Positions 1 through 13,459 are shown, counted from the first letter of the stretch. The stretch is DNA of 64,000 nucleotides from Scyliorhinus canicula (GCF_902713615.1 NC_052146.1:70823238-70887237), one strand, 5' to 3'. Numbers and translations: made by a program. Notes: generated by a model from the letters alone, not told the origin.

Positions 1-23
1 CGAGCATCGGATGCTGTAAATGT

Positions 24-180
24 AAATAATCTTTATTGGCACAAGTAGGCTTACATTAACACTGCAATGAAGTTACTGTGAAAAGCTCCAAGTCAGAATT
101 CTCAGCTGGTACGGGAATTGAACCTGTGCTGCTGGCCTTGATCTGCACCACAAACCAGCTGTCTAGCCCACTGTTCTAAA
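24..180 (-). mobile_element. Short shark SINE, family B (tail ...cacagtaacttcattg...gcctacttgtgacaataa)
   Basis: Reverse-complement match to the copies at 2438-2600 and 62880-63056. Confidence 0.75.
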
Positions 181-396
181 GCCGCCCTGCTGTGTAGCAG
201 AATGTACTGACCAAGGGTGGTATATTACTGAATGTCATCCGTGCGTATGGGTAATACAGTATACTATATGATGAATGCATTGTAATAATCCTGCATGCTG
301 TGCAAAACGTGCTGGTCTAGTCTCTGGCTTTGGAAGCTGTATATTATGATGCAATTGGCGACTGAGCTTTAATATACTCTCACCTTTTATTCATAG

Positions 397-502
397 GTAA
401 CGATACCACTATAACACAATCGCTGCTTACACACCATGGTGTCCCAGTGGTCACTCTGTCTAATGGCAAGTCATACTGCTTCAACACTTCCCTATGCACA
501 TG
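397..502 (+). CDS. HIRA: HIRA coding exon (fifth from last)
   Basis: tcatag|G acceptor and TG|gtaagg donor. Translates GNDTTITQSLLTHHGVPVVTLSNGKSYCFNTSLCTW, matching recalled human HIRA GSDMTVSQILLTQHGIPVMNLSDGKAYCFNPSLSTW. Phase fits the next exon. Confidence 0.95.
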
Positions 503-1942
503 GTAAGGAATTGTGGTTTGACTGGTGAAAAGATGAACCTTGCCTGATGCTCTGCTCATGGGCAACCTTTGCATTTTCTTTTAGTCATGGATCAAATAGC
601 ACCTCCTGATTCAAAGGGATTCTGCCTGGCTAGGAAGTGGAGATTTTGTTGATCAGTGAAGGAAAAGAAAGAAAGGGTTCCATACAGTTTTCCTTCATCG
701 AGATTATCTCATGAATGTTGTACCTTGTTACCATAATCCTTGACTCCACTGTCATTATTTCACATGTGTTCATTTTTTAAAAAAAAAGTGTGTTCTGGGA
801 AACTAAAGCCAATCTGTTCGGCTCTCACCAAATATTCTTCACCCTAAAGCCCAATTCCATCCTTCTTCCCTAATGTGAGTTTTAACTGTGCACAGTGTCT
901 TCAGTGTCTGCTTAACCTTGAGAACTGAACTTCAAACCCACATTCACCCCACCATCCAGATAGCGTGTTTCCGTCACACAATATCACCTGCCTTCATCAT
1001 TAACTTGCTCCTTTTGCCTCTGAAACCCTTATTGGTGTCTATGACACCACTAAGCTGCCAATCAGTCCTCACTGATTTCCTGACTATCCTCCTTTGGAAA
1101 CTGTAAATTGTTCAAAAGCAGGCAACCTGCACTGATTCCCGACCCCTTCTTGGCCATTGGTTCCTATTCCCTCAGTGATCAAATTCAAAACTTTTGTTGC
1201 CATTTACAGGTCCCTCCACATCTCCAACTTGCAAGCTTGCCCATTCCATTGTGTGAGCATGTGCCCCTCCATTCTTCTGGTACACACATCCTTTGTGTAT
1301 GCCCCTCTTGTCCATGTTCAATGCAAGTCCCTTCAACTTCATTTGCTTCACAGTCTGGAATGTCCTCCTACCACTCTTGCACTTTGTTGTCTCTTACTGC
1401 TTAGAAAGCCTTTTAACATTCCTTCAGTTACCTCATATTGCATAGTATCCAGTTGTCACCTACTCTATTTTCAGAGCGTTTTTACCTTTGGACTGAGAGC
1501 CTGGTGTTCATGGTTCTGTCGCCTTCTTGACAACATTAGTTTGCAGGTTTTCAAGTTCAGGAACTTGCTTTAACAGGTGGGCCAGACAAATGATGCTGTG
1601 TCCCTCCTAAAAAGTGAATCACATTTAGAAACTGGTGGGTACCACCTGGAGCAACAGAACCAACACTGCTACATGGCCCTGTTCTACCCTGCAGCAGAGA
1701 AGTGCTGCTCAACCAGGTTCATGAGCTGCCACACAAATGAGGAAGATATCAACTTTGGGAGGCGATCAGGATTATTTCTGGAACATTCAGACCAACACAG
1801 CTTGCGTTGCTTCCTTTGGTAGCACACATTAAACCTCCTGATATCCACAGGGAAAACAATCTCTCAAAGAACATCACTGGCCAACAGCTAACAAAAGCAC
1901 TCCTATTGATACAGGACTTCCAAAAGTCCACGCACTTTGCAT

Positions 1943-2219
1943 GGGCAGCACGGTGGCACAGTGGTTAGCACTCCTGCCTCATAGCGCCAGGGACCTGGGT
2001 TCAATTCCAGCCTTGGGTCACCGTCTGTGTGGAGTTTGCACTTTCTTCCTGTGTTCGCGTGGGTTTTCTCCGGGTGCTCCAAAGATGTGCAGGTTAGGTG
2101 GATTGGCCATGCTAAATTGCCCTATAGGATTAGGTGAGGTGACAGGGATGGGGTGGGGGGGTCAGGGGATCAGTGTAAACCCGATGGGCCGAATGGCCTC
2201 CTTCTGCACTGTAATGATT
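1943..2219 (+). mobile_element. tRNA-derived HE1-like SINE
   Basis: GGGCAGCACGGTGGCACAGTGGTTAGCAC A-box head, GGTTCAATTCC B-box, and CR1-like tail gggccgaatggcctccttctgcactgta. Confidence 0.85.
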
Positions 2220-2437
2220 TTACAACACACTTGAGCTAGTGGGCGGTTATTCCCACTTGACCCGAAGTCGCAACACAAAAAATACTTGAGATCCTTGGTT
2301 GAGCTCAATAAACTACAGTCACCAGGTTTGTAATTTTAAAACACAAGATTTATCATTAAATGGAGAGAAAATGTAACTGACTATCTACTGTCCTTTTCTC
2401 AAACCCCACCCCACTTCCTAACTTATCCACTCTCTAA

Positions 2438-2600
2438 ATAGCTGGCTTTGAATGCAGACCACGGCAGGCCAACAGCATGGTTCAATTCCCGTACCAGCCT
2501 CCCCGAACAGGCGCCGGAATGTGGCGACTAGGGGCTTTTCACAGTAACTTCATTGAAGCCTACTTGTGACAATAAGCGATTTTCATTTCATTCATTTTCA
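2438..2600 (+). mobile_element. Short shark SINE, family B
   Basis: B-box-like ggttcaattccc, body cgtaccagcctccccgaacaggcgccgg, and a (tttca)n tail. Recurs several times in the window. Confidence 0.8.
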
Positions 2601-3351
2601 TGCACAGACAAACAACACAGAGGGGAAAAGGTGGTGGAAATAGAAAGAAAATATGAATAAAAATAATAGGATAAGGATCTTTGATGCAGTCTGCTTCCAG
2701 TTAATATCTTTCTGAAGCTCAGGCTTTCATTTTGGTGCTACTTTCTCTGCAGACTCAGCATCTTTCAGGTTCACAGCAACGGATGTGCTCGGCACTCTGT
2801 ATTCAGAACAATCGAGCAGTTCTTTTGCTTCAGAAAGCAGGAGGGAGAGAGGGAGAGAGAGTTCCTTTCACTTCCAATGTTTAAGCACTTCTGTTAAAGT
2901 TCTGTCAGACAGCATCACGCAGGCACCAATCACTGACACCGTTGTCAGGCAGAACACTGTCTCTGGCCAACCCACCTATTGCCAGTTAACCAATCAAACT
3001 GACTCCCTCCAAAGTAAATTGTGTACAGTTCACACATTAATCAAAAAACAAACACATTTCTGAGCAAAAATAAAGTGTAATAAAGAAGAGTACTGTATCA
3101 CCGTGCGATAGATGAAAGTGTGTTTCTGGCTCAATCCCAGGGCCAGGATACTCACTTAGTTACCCTCGCCCAGATTGAGAGTGGATGAGAGTGCATGATG
3201 GTGGGTGTGTGAGAACCTTGATACTGCGAATGAGTCAGATTTATGGACAGATTCTATCCCCACACTCTCACCCCCTCCCCCTCCCCCCAACACCCTCTCT
3301 CTCTCTCACCCTCTCACTGCCATCTCAGACTCAATCCCCTTGTGTGCTCTT

Positions 3352-3620
3352 ATTCCCCTCGCGCGCTCTGCCTCCCCTCGCGCGCTCTGCCTCCCCTCGC
3401 GCGCTCTGCCTCCCCTCGCGCCCCCTGACTCCCCGCGCGCCCCCTGACTCCCCGCGCGCCCCCTGACTCCCCGCACGCCCCCTGACTCCCCGCGCGCCCC
3501 CTGACTCCCCGCGCGCCCCCTGACTCCCCGCGCGCCCCCTGACTCCCCGCGCGCCCCCTGACTCCCCGCGCGCCCCCTGACTCCCCGCGCGTGCTCTGGC
3601 TCCCCGCCCGCCGACTCCCC
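3352..3620. repeat. GC-rich tandem repeat (19-20 bp units) in a HIRA intron
   Basis: About 3 copies of ccctcgcgcgctctgcctc, then about 10 copies of cccctgactccccgcgcgc. Confidence 0.9.
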
Positions 3621-6600
3621 TCGCGCCCGCCGACTCATGCTCATTTTCTCCCTTCACACACTTGCTCCCCTTCCCTGCCCCCCCCCCCCCCCCCCGCACT
3701 CGCACTAACCTTCCGCGCCCGCGCGCGCACTTGTTCCCCCATGGAAGTATGTGCTCTCTTTTTTCCCCCCTTTGGTGCATTTGCCAGCCATGCTGCCCCG
3801 GCCCCGGAGCCTCGGCCTCCCAGGATCCCGTGCCCCAAACTCACTACCGATAGTTTCCATTGCTCTTTGAACCACTGATTCATACTCCCTCATATTTGCG
3901 GTGCCTATCAGCAGCAACCATGGGAAAGAAGTAGCCTGTAAATTGGAGGAGCAGTTCATGCTGATTCCTTCAATGAAGCTTTTCTGTTTGACTGGCATTT
4001 TGAAAATTGGATCCGGGGCCACATAAGGGGATGCTGTACCTCCTGGTTGACAGCAAAAAATCACCAACCACAACCTAATAACTGTCCAAAGTGGTGAAGC
4101 CCCAGGTATCAACCTTCAATTTAAAACCTGCAGCTGCTTGAAGACAGACCAGAGAAGATGTCTCTGCTTGCTCGACAAATGGAACATGAAGACCAGCTCA
4201 AATTGTGACTGTGGTCATCCAAATTAGGCCATTGTCCACATACTGAACTTCTATCCTGAGAGATTCTTTCCTTATCACAACCATTCACACTGCATCAGCA
4301 GAAGCCGATGAATGGATTGTTAACCTTGACATAGAACTTCCCCAGACATATAAATCTTCACTTTGCAATTTAGGAGATGCGATTATATGTACTGTATGCG
4401 TACCAGGCGTTATTTTTAACACAGTAACAAATTAATCTTGTGAGGGACTAATGAATGCCACACACAAATACTAACATGTTATGCAGTTTCAAAGTAAAAT
4501 TTGCCATGGGACTCATTAGTTTGCTAAAAATGAAACCCCAAGTGTTGTCGGACACATGTCAGTCAGCAGGCTGAGTGAATTGTATACATCCAACTTCATC
4601 AAATGTCGCCATTATAGAAGGGCACTGCCATGAAGAAGATGCAGTTTTGCTTTTTCTATAATGCAGGGATCAGAGGAACCTGAAATGTTCAGACTGTATT
4701 CATTAGTGTGGAGAGGGTTAACAAAGGATCAAATTATATAAGAGGATTGTGAACGATTAATAAAGTTTAGGGGCAGCACTGACATTAAATGTACATCTAT
4801 TTTTGGTAAACTGAATCCTATCATTCAACTTCTGTATATAAAATAATGCACTCTATATGCTCAGTGATGACTGTAACATTATAATGTGGCAGTGAATATA
4901 GCAACACTTCAATGAACAGTGAAATTGGTATTATAACTTGGAGCTGCATTGCGGTGGGTGAGTGAATAGTGCGGTGTTCTGGGTATGGTGTTTGGGACCA
5001 CTGGAATTTCTAATTTCCGTCTGGCGAATCTTTCAGAACAGAAGCAGACCATTCAGCCTACCATGCCTGTGCTGACTCTGAAAGAACTATCCAATTGGAC
5101 CCACTTTTTCTCCATAGCCATGTAAAATTTTGCCGTTCCAAGTATATACCCAATTCCCTTTTGGTCATTCATTTTAATTCAGAGAGACGATGCACAACAA
5201 TTCGACATGGCTCCTCTGAGCACCTGGGTGTTTTGAATGATGGTCAGACTAGTTAGTGATCATACCCATGATCGTTTTGTTAGGAAGAAAGTCATCCTCC
5301 CTGGTGACAGACTGCCTTCAGCGTTTTGAGTCAAAACTTTGTAATGAGGCTCCTCTGCTTTGAGGAACTGCTTTGAGAGCAGAGCTGAATTTCACAATTG
5401 GCATCAGAGCGGTCAGACCAAGTCCTTTTTGTTTTAAAGAACTGCTGAGCAGTTCCAGCATTTTTGCTTCCCTTTTATTTCCTTTTTTAAAAGCTTTTTT
5501 AATGCACTTAATCATTTTAAATTGCATTAGGTAAATCTTGAGATGAATTAACCTGAGCAAATCTGAAAATATCAAACTGAAATTAATTAACTGATTTGAC
5601 TAACTGGAAGTGTAACCAAACTGTACTTTCAAATAGACCAAAGGTGTCAGTCAGACATCATAAATAGCACACTGGAGTATTTTTTAAAATCTGATTTAGA
5701 TACCTTGTGTGCCTGGGAGATCCCCTCGGTATAAATGCTCCACTTTGTGGTCAGCAGTAGGGTGCTGTTTGTAAAGATAACAAACTGATCTTTCTGTGTA
5801 GTTTCACTACACCGGATACTCTCAGAGGAAGCACCAGCGCACTCTATAGTTTGCGTACAAGTCATGGTGTACAGATACAATCTATTCCATGGCCACTTCC
5901 AAAGGTGCCTTTGGTTGAACATGATTGGATTGTCGAATGCAAATGAGTTTCACTGTCTTTTCTGTTTAGTACATGCGTGTCATTGAGTAATATTTCATTC
6001 CAGAAAGCTGAAAGCAATTAATATTTAAATGTGCAGTATTGGCTCGGTTTCTTACTGTGACCTGTATCAACAATAGGAAACCCGAGTGGGATTTTCCAAG
6101 GTTTTTACAGATTGTTAATGTACATAATAGGAGGTAACTGGCAGTAAAACCACCTGGTAGCTGCTGTAAAATGTTTGCCAGTTTGAACTTGCCCATCCTT
6201 CCAGTTGCAAGTAGTTTGCACCGACCGATCTGCTCAATGCGGGCCAAGCAAGTTAGTTTTCATGTAACTGAGTGTTCATAATAGCCTGGCGAGTATATGT
6301 AATTGTGTGTGATTCCTGCGTCCTTGAGAATTTTTAATGTTGCTGGAGCTTGAAAAGAGTAAAGGATGGATGTAGTGCTTTGGTCACAAATAATAATGAA
6401 AACTCCTGAACTGCTGCCACACTCGGTTCTCAAGAGCCACACTGTACTCTAGGGCTGTCAGTATTGTGGGCTAAATTGATACAGTAGTGCACTGGAGGGC
6501 TTGGTCATACCAGATATGTGTAGATGCAACCCACCGTAGGACTCTTATTACATCCAAAACCTAAACGGTGAGATGACAAAGCTAACATTAATACCAATTA

Positions 6601-6828
6601 TCATTACTGGAAATACTACCAGCACAGTATACAGATGGGAGGCAGACTCCTGTATAATAACCTATTTGTGTGAGTCAAACTTCCGATCATTGTACATTAC
6701 TTTCCATGTTCTTTGCGAATTTGTAATGATCTGACACCAAATGGGGGTGATTTGGGGTGTCCAGTAAACTCTGACTGTGACATTTGCTTTCAGGCCCCTT
6801 GTCTCATTTGGATTGCTTTATCTTTAAG

Positions 6829-6951
6829 GAATTTGATCTCAGATAAACAGGACTCGCTGGTTCAGTGTGCAGATTACCGCAGTTGTTTAACTTCTCAAGA
6901 GGCCATGTTATGCTCGGGGCCCCTGGCGACAGTGCAAGGTTGTGGGATAAA
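6829..6951 (+). CDS. HIRA: HIRA coding exon
   Basis: tttaag|G acceptor and AA|gtaagt donor. NLISDKQDSLVQCADYRSCLTSQEAMLCSGPLATVQG matches HIRA NLVSDKQDSLAQCADFRSSLPSQDAMLCSGPLAIIQG. Confidence 0.97.
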
Positions 6952-8068
6952 GTAAGTAGCCACATTGCTGATCTACCCATCAATGCAATAAAGGGACAAA
7001 TTCATAATTTAAAATATTTTTTTTTTACCCTTTCAGAACTCGTCGATTAGAAATATAATTTCTATTTATTTTCTTCAAGCATGAGCATTTTTATTCTCAT
7101 TGAGATTGAATTGGTTTACAGTTTGGTCTACATTGTGTGCATGCATGTATCCAATTTCTGAAACTATAACGCCAAAGGCAACATCCTGAATGAACCTTGC
7201 ACCTCAGCAAGCTGTGAAGTATGATGCAACATTGCATTGGCAATGCTGTGCTTTATGTTACTTACCTCTAAGTCAAAGGATGCATCAAGAATTTCTGGTC
7301 TTATTCTTGCTAGTTATGGTTGGAGTGCCTGATGGAAGTTCTCCCCTGAATATTCCTCATCCCCACTCAGTGCCCCAATGTTGTGCCACCATGAGAGTTA
7401 TCGTTTTATACTCCCAAAGTCCAGGTCCTGTGTATGTTCAATAATGCTGATATTTAAGACACTTACTTCCATTCCTAGGGAGTATGAGGAAGTTAGCTAC
7501 CACATGGAGTAGTTGAAATAAGCAGCATAGATGCATTGGAGCAGAAGCTAAAGAAGCTTCTTGTGGAGGGAGAATGGAATTAGGAAGACATTCTGATGGG
7601 CTTAGATGATGTAGGAGAAACACTGGTATAAATATGACCCTTCTCTGTGTTTTAAAGTATTTGGGCAGAATTTAACAGGTCCAAGGAGTTTTTAATTGGT
7701 TGGAGGCAGCTCTGTGGTCCCAGCAGCACAACCCAGAGTGGAATACTGCTGGAACTATATCCAGTCCCAGCAAAGGGGAACCATGATTGGCGGGGGTGGG
7801 GGCAGTGAATTTTTTGGTGGGGCCAGGTGAGGCTATCCCAAAACAGGTGACTCTGGGGGGGGGGGGGGGTTCTTGATGAAGAACCACTTTCCTGCCTGAA
7901 GCCTGGGCAGGTCCTTCCATCTGGCAAACCAGTGTGCAGAGACATGTAAAATGCTTCCCTGTCTAATTTTATGGAAAAGGATGTTATTACCATGCATGCC
8001 GCTCAATTTGTGTCTAGACTGTCCTTTCGTTCCTGGCAAGCTGTAAAGTCAGTCTTTGAATTTTCTAG

Positions 8069-8232
8069 TGCTGGACGCCAGGCTGCTAGACTCTCCTCGA
8101 TGCCTCATTTCTTACAGCGAGGGACGACGCTGGCTTATCTAGAGAATCAGGTTGTGGCCGCAATGACGCTAAAATCGAGCCAGGAATATCGGCACTGGCT
8201 TCTCATCTACACCCGCTATTTAGTAAACGAAG
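8069..8232 (+). CDS. HIRA: HIRA coding exon
   Basis: ttttctag| acceptor and G|gtagga donor. AGRQAARLSSMPHFLQRGTTLAYLENQVVAAMTLKSSQEYRHWLLIYTRYLVNE is the HIRA C-terminal TTLAYLENQ...EYRHWLL motif. Confidence 0.98.
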
Positions 8233-8317
8233 GTAGGATAGTTCCTCAGTTCCATGCTTCGATTTGATGGTTTGATTTATGCTCAGATACCCCATTGACT
8301 CTTACTTATGATTGCAG

Positions 8318-8406
8318 GATTTGAGCCTCGATTAAGGGAGTTGTGCAAAGATTTGCTGGGCCCTGTGCACAACTCTTCCAGTAGCCAGTGGGAGTCAACT
8401 GTATTG
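8318..8406 (+). CDS. HIRA: HIRA penultimate coding exon
   Basis: ttgcag| acceptor and TTG|gtaagc donor. GFEPRLRELCKDLLGPVHNSSSSQWESTVL. The preceding intron is only 85 bp. Confidence 0.97.
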
Positions 8407-9164
8407 GTAAGCACTAGTGCAAACAGCAACTTGGAGAAAGATAATTTAACACTTCAGGCAGAGATCTTCATTATGTGATGACAGCATTAAAACAATGTAG
8501 AATGTCTGAATTTATCCATGTGCATGATAACAATGTGACCAGTATTTTGCAAGCAATACAATTCTATTTGACCCACACAATTTCTGAAATGCTGTTGATA
8601 TGTTCTGCGGTTTTATCCTGTCTTCTCAGTAAGCAATTGCACTTTAGTGTAGTACTGATCTGCACAGACCAGGAAACTTGCATACATGTACAGAGTTAGC
8701 TGATCTCAGCAGGATCGTGTTATGGGCTTACAAGTCGGCTCCGTTACCTTTGACCAGGAAGGGGGAAGATCACACACAGGGTTCCTGCTTCTGATGATTA
8801 CTCTGCTGGAAAGATGAGCAGGTATTGAGAGCAAGAGTGTGGAACCCTCATGGTTGAAACTCTCTGTGCAGACCCACACTTGAATAGCCTCTTGCGAGCT
8901 GTAGATGCCAGTGGAACCATGGTGCGTTGGTGTCGTCAGTTGAGGACAAAATTTAGAGTGGGGATGGAAGCAGAAAAATAGGAAAAAAAATTGCCTTTTA
9001 TAAAATGGACCTTTAATGAATTTGTTCTCAGCACTCCACATTTGTCTCAGCGATCTCTGCTGTATACAGGCTGCCTAGTCATTGTGTGACAGGGAATGGG
9101 CGGGTGAAGGTTTGGCTCTGCTGCCATCAATTGAATTTGCTGCAATGTGCATCGTTAATGTGAG

Positions 9165-10317
9165 TGAGGGATTGTGTGCTGCAGTCTGCACTGTTACCCT
9201 GAGGGATTGCATGCTGCAGTGTTATTCTGAGGGATTGTGTGCTGCAGTCTGCACTGTTACCCTGAGGGATTGCATGCTGCAGTATTATTCTGAGGGATTG
9301 TGTGCTGCAGTCTGCACTGTTACCCTGAGGGATTGCATGCTGCAGTGTTATTCTGAGGGATTGCATGCTGCAGTTTGCACTGTTACCCTGAGGGATTGCA
9401 TGCTGCAGTGTTATTCTGAGGGATGGTGTGCTGCAGTCTGCATTGTTACCCTGAGGGATTGCATGCTGCAGTATTATTCTGAGGGATTGTGTGCTGCAGT
9501 CTGCACTGTTACCCTGAGGGATTGCATGCTGCAGTATTATTCTGAGGGATTGTGTGCTGCAGTCTGCACTGTTACCCTGAGGGATTGCATGGTGCAGTGT
9601 TATTCTGAGGGATTGCATGCTGCAGTTTGCACTGTTACCCTGAGGGATTGCATGCTGCAGTGTTATTCTGAGGGATAGTATGCTGCAGTCTGCACTGTTA
9701 CCCTGAGGGATAGTATGCTGCAGTTTGCACTGTTACCCTGAGGGATTGCATGCTGCAGTGTTATTCTGAGGGATTGTGTGCTGCAGTCTGCACTGTTACC
9801 CTGAGGGATTGCATGCTGCAGTGTTATTCTGAGGGATTGCATGCTGCAGTTTGCACTGTTACCCTGAGGAATTGCATGCTGCACTGCACTGTTACCCTGA
9901 GGGATTGCATGCTGCAGTGTTATTCTGAGGGATAGTATGCTGCAGTCTGTACTGTTACCCTGAGGGATAGTATGCTGCAGTTTGCACTGTTACCCTGAGG
10001 GATTGCATGCTGCAGTGTTATTCTGAGGGATTGTGTGCTGCAGTCTGCACTGTTACCCTGAGGGATTGCATGCTGCAGTGTTATTCTGAGGGATAGTATG
10101 CTGCAGTCTGTACTGTTACCCTGAGGGATAGTATGCTGCAGTTTGCACTGTTACCCTGAGGGATTGCATGCTGCAGTGTTATTCTGAGGGATTGTGTGCT
10201 GCAGTCTGCACTGTTACCCTGAGGGATTGCATGCTGCAGTGTTATTCTGAGGGATAGTATGCTGCAGTCTGCACTGTTACCCTGAGGGATTGCATGCTGC
10301 AGTGTTATTCTGAGGGA
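9165..10317. repeat. Minisatellite with a 63-bp higher-order unit (35+28 bp), left part
   Basis: tgagggattgtgtgctgcagtctgcactgttaccc alternates with tgagggattgcatgctgcagtgttattc. Confidence 0.95.
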
Positions 10318-10575
10318 GCGAGAACAAACAGAGTTGTTATCTCTGGGTTGTTGCCCGTGCCACGTGATAGTGAGACGAGGAATAGGGAGAGAGAGCAATT
10401 AAACACGTGGCTACAGGGATGGTGCAGGCGGGAGGGATTCAGATTTCTGGATAACTGGGGCTCTTTCTGGGGAAGGTGGGACCTCTATAGACAGGATGGT
10501 CTACATCTGAACCTGAGGGGCACCAATATCCTGGGGGGGAGATTTGTTAGTGCTCTTTGGGGGGGTTTAAACTAA
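10318..10575 (+). pseudogene. CR1 ORF1 C-terminal fragment (SGNH esterase-like)
   Basis: RVVISGLLPVP...WLQGWCRREGFRFLDNW...DGLHLNLRG, typical of CR1 ORF1 with the DxLH motif. Confidence 0.85.
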
Positions 10576-13459
10576 TTCAGCAGGGGCATGGGAACCTGGA
10601 TTATAGTTTTGGGGTACGGGAGATTGAGAGTATAGAGGTCAGGAGCACAGATTTGACTTCGCAGGAGGGTGCCAGTGTTCAGGTAGGTGGTTTGAAGTGT
10701 GTCTACTTCAATGCCAGGAGTATACGAAATAAGGTAGGGGAACTGGCAGCATGGGTTGGTACCTGGGACTTCGATGTTGTGGCCATTTCAGAGACATGGA
10801 TAGAGCAGGGACAGGAATGGTTGTTGCAGGTTCCGGGGTTTACGTGTTTTAGTAAGCTCAGAGAAGGGGGCAAAAGAGGGGGAGGTGTGGCGCTGCTAGT
10901 CAAGGACAGTATTACGGTGGCGGAAAGGATGCTAGATGGAGACTCTTCTTCCGAGGTAGTATGGGCTGAGGTTAGAAACAGGAAAGGAGAGGTCACCCTG
11001 TTGGGAGTTTTCTATAGGCCACCTAATAGTTCTAGGGATGTAGAGGAAAGGATGGCGAAGATGATTCTGGAAAAGAGCGAAAGTAACAGGGTAGTTGTTA
11101 TGGGAGACTTTAACTTTCCAAATATTGACTGGAAAAGATATAGTTCGAGTACATTAGATGGGTCGTTCTTTGTACAATGTGTGCAGGAGGGTTTCCTGAC
11201 ACAATATGTTGACAGGCCAACAAGAGGCGAGGCCACATTGGATTTGGTTTTGGGTAATGAACCAGGCCAGGTGTTAGATCTGGAGGTAGGTGAGCACTTT
11301 GGAAACAGTGACCATAATTCGGTGACCTTTACATTAGTGATGGAAAGGGATAAGTATACCCCGCAGGGCAAGAGTTATAGCTGGGGGAAGGGCAATTATG
11401 ATGCCATTAGACATGACTTAGGATGTGTAGGTTGGAGAAGTAGGCTGCAAGGGTTTGGCACACTGGATATGTGGAGCTTGTTCAAGGAACAGCTATTGAG
11501 TGTTCTTGATAAGTACGTACCAGTCAGGCAGGGAGGAATGGGTAGAGCGAGGGAACCGTGGTTTACCAAAGAAGCGGAATCTCTTGTTAAGAGGAAGAAG
11601 GAGGCCTATGTGAAGATGAGGCGTGAAGTTTCAGTTGGGGCGCTTGATAGTTACAAGGAAGCGAGGAAGGATCTAAAGAGAGAGCTAAGACGAGCAAGGA
11701 GGGGACATGAGAATTCTTTGGCAGGTAGGATCAAGGAAAACCCAAAAGCTTTCTATAGGTATGTCAGGAATAAAAGAATGACTAGGGTAAGAGTAGGGCC
11801 AGTCAAGGACAGTGGTGGGAAGTTGTGTGTGGAGGCTGAGGAGATAAGCGAGATACTAAATGAATACTTTTCGTCAGTATTCACTCAGGAAAAAGATAAT
11901 GTTGTGGAGGAGAATGCTGAGACCCAGGCTATTAGAATAGATGGCATTGAGGTGCGTAGGGAAGAAGTGTTGGCAATTCTGGACAAGGTGAAAATAGATA
12001 AGTCCCCGGGGCCTGATGGGATTTATCCTAGGATTCTCTGGGAAGCCAGGGAAGAGATTGCTGAGCCTTTGGCTTTGATTTTTATGTCATCATTGGCTAC
12101 AGGAATAGTGCCAGAGGATTGGTGGGTAGCAAATGTGGTCCCTTTGTTCAAGAAGGGGAGTAGAGATAACCCCGGTAACTATAGGCCGGTGAGCCTCACG
12201 TCTGTTGTGGGTAAAGTCTTGGAGAGGATTATAAAAGATACGATTTATAATCATCTAGATAGGAATAATATGATTAGGGATAGTCAGCATGGTTTTGTGA
12301 AGGGTAAGTCATGCCTCACAAACCTTATCGAGTTCTTTGAGAAGGTGACTGAACAGGTAGACGAGGGTAGAGCAGTTGATGTGGTGTATATGGATTTCAG
12401 TAAAGCGTTTGATAAGGTTCCCCACGGTCGGCTATTGCAGAAAATACGGAGGCTGGGGATCGAGGGTGATTTAGAGATGTGGATCAGAAATTGGCTAGTT
12501 GAAAGAAGACAGAGGGTGGTGGTTGATGGCAAATGTTCAGAATGGAGTTCAGTTACGAGTGGCGTACCACAAGGATCTGTTCTGGGGCCGTTGCTGTTTG
12601 TCATTTTTATAAATGACCTAGAGGAGGGCACAGAAGGTTGGGTGAGTAAATTTGCAGACGATACTAAAGTCGGTGGAGTTGTAGACAGTGTGGAAGGATG
12701 TTGCAGGTTACAGAGGGACATAGATAAGCTGCAGAGCTGGGCTGAGAGGTGGCAAATGGAGTTTAATGTAGAGAAGTGTGAGGTGATTCACTTTGGAAAG
12801 AAAAACAGGAATGCGGAATATTTGGCTAATGGTAAAATTCTTGGCAGTGTGGATGAGCAGAGGGATCTCGGTGTCCATGTACATAGATCCCTGAAAGTTG
12901 CCACCCAGGTTGATAGGGTTGTGAAGAAGGCCTATGGTGTGTTGGCCTTTATTGGTAGAGGGATTGAGTTCCGGAGCCATGAGGTCATGTTGCAGCTGTA
13001 CAAAACTCTGGTACGGCCGCATTTGGAGTATTGCGTACAGTTCTGGTCGCCTCATTATAGGAAGGACGTGGAAGCTTTGGAACGGGTGCAGAGGAGATTT
13101 ACCAGGTGTTGCCTGGTATGGAGGGAAAATCTTATGAGGAAAGGCTGATGGACTTGAGGTTGTTCTCGTTAGAGAGAAGAAGGTTAAGAGGTGACTTAAT
13201 AGAGGCATACAAAATGATCAGAGGGTTAGATAGGGTGGACAGTGAGAGCCTTCTCCCGCGGATGGAGGTGGCTAGCACGAGGGGACATAGCCTTAAATTG
13301 AGGGGTAATAGATATAGGACAGACGTCAGAGGTAGGTTTTTTACGCAAAGAGTGGTGAGGCCGTGGAATGCCCTACCTGCAACAGTAGTGACCTCGCCAA
13401 CATTGAGGGCATTTAAAAGTTTATTGGATAAGCATATGGATGATAATGGCATAATGTAG
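10557..13459 (+). pseudogene. CR1 ORF2 (AP endonuclease and reverse transcriptase), one frameshift near 13105
   Basis: Motifs [54 protein letters not shown] and FADD. accagg-tgttg lacks one A relative to ACCAGGATGTTG seen in other copies, and the frame resumes as MLPG... Confidence 0.95.

Noticed and set aside
1943-2020. tRNA-like heads with A and B boxes (many copies)
   Set aside because: They are SINE heads followed by SINE bodies, with no complete cloverleaf.
3185-3878. Overlapping Arg/Gly/Pro-rich ORFs
   Set aside because: Translations of the GC-rich tandem repeat.
5937-5944. ATGCAAAT octamer in a HIRA intron
   Set aside because: Expected by chance in 64 kb; no Ig segment nearby.
9082-10398. 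Long repetitive ORFs on both strands (EGLCAAVCTVTLRDCMLQCYS)
   Set aside because: By-product of a stop-free 63-bp minisatellite in an intron; no splice or coding evidence.
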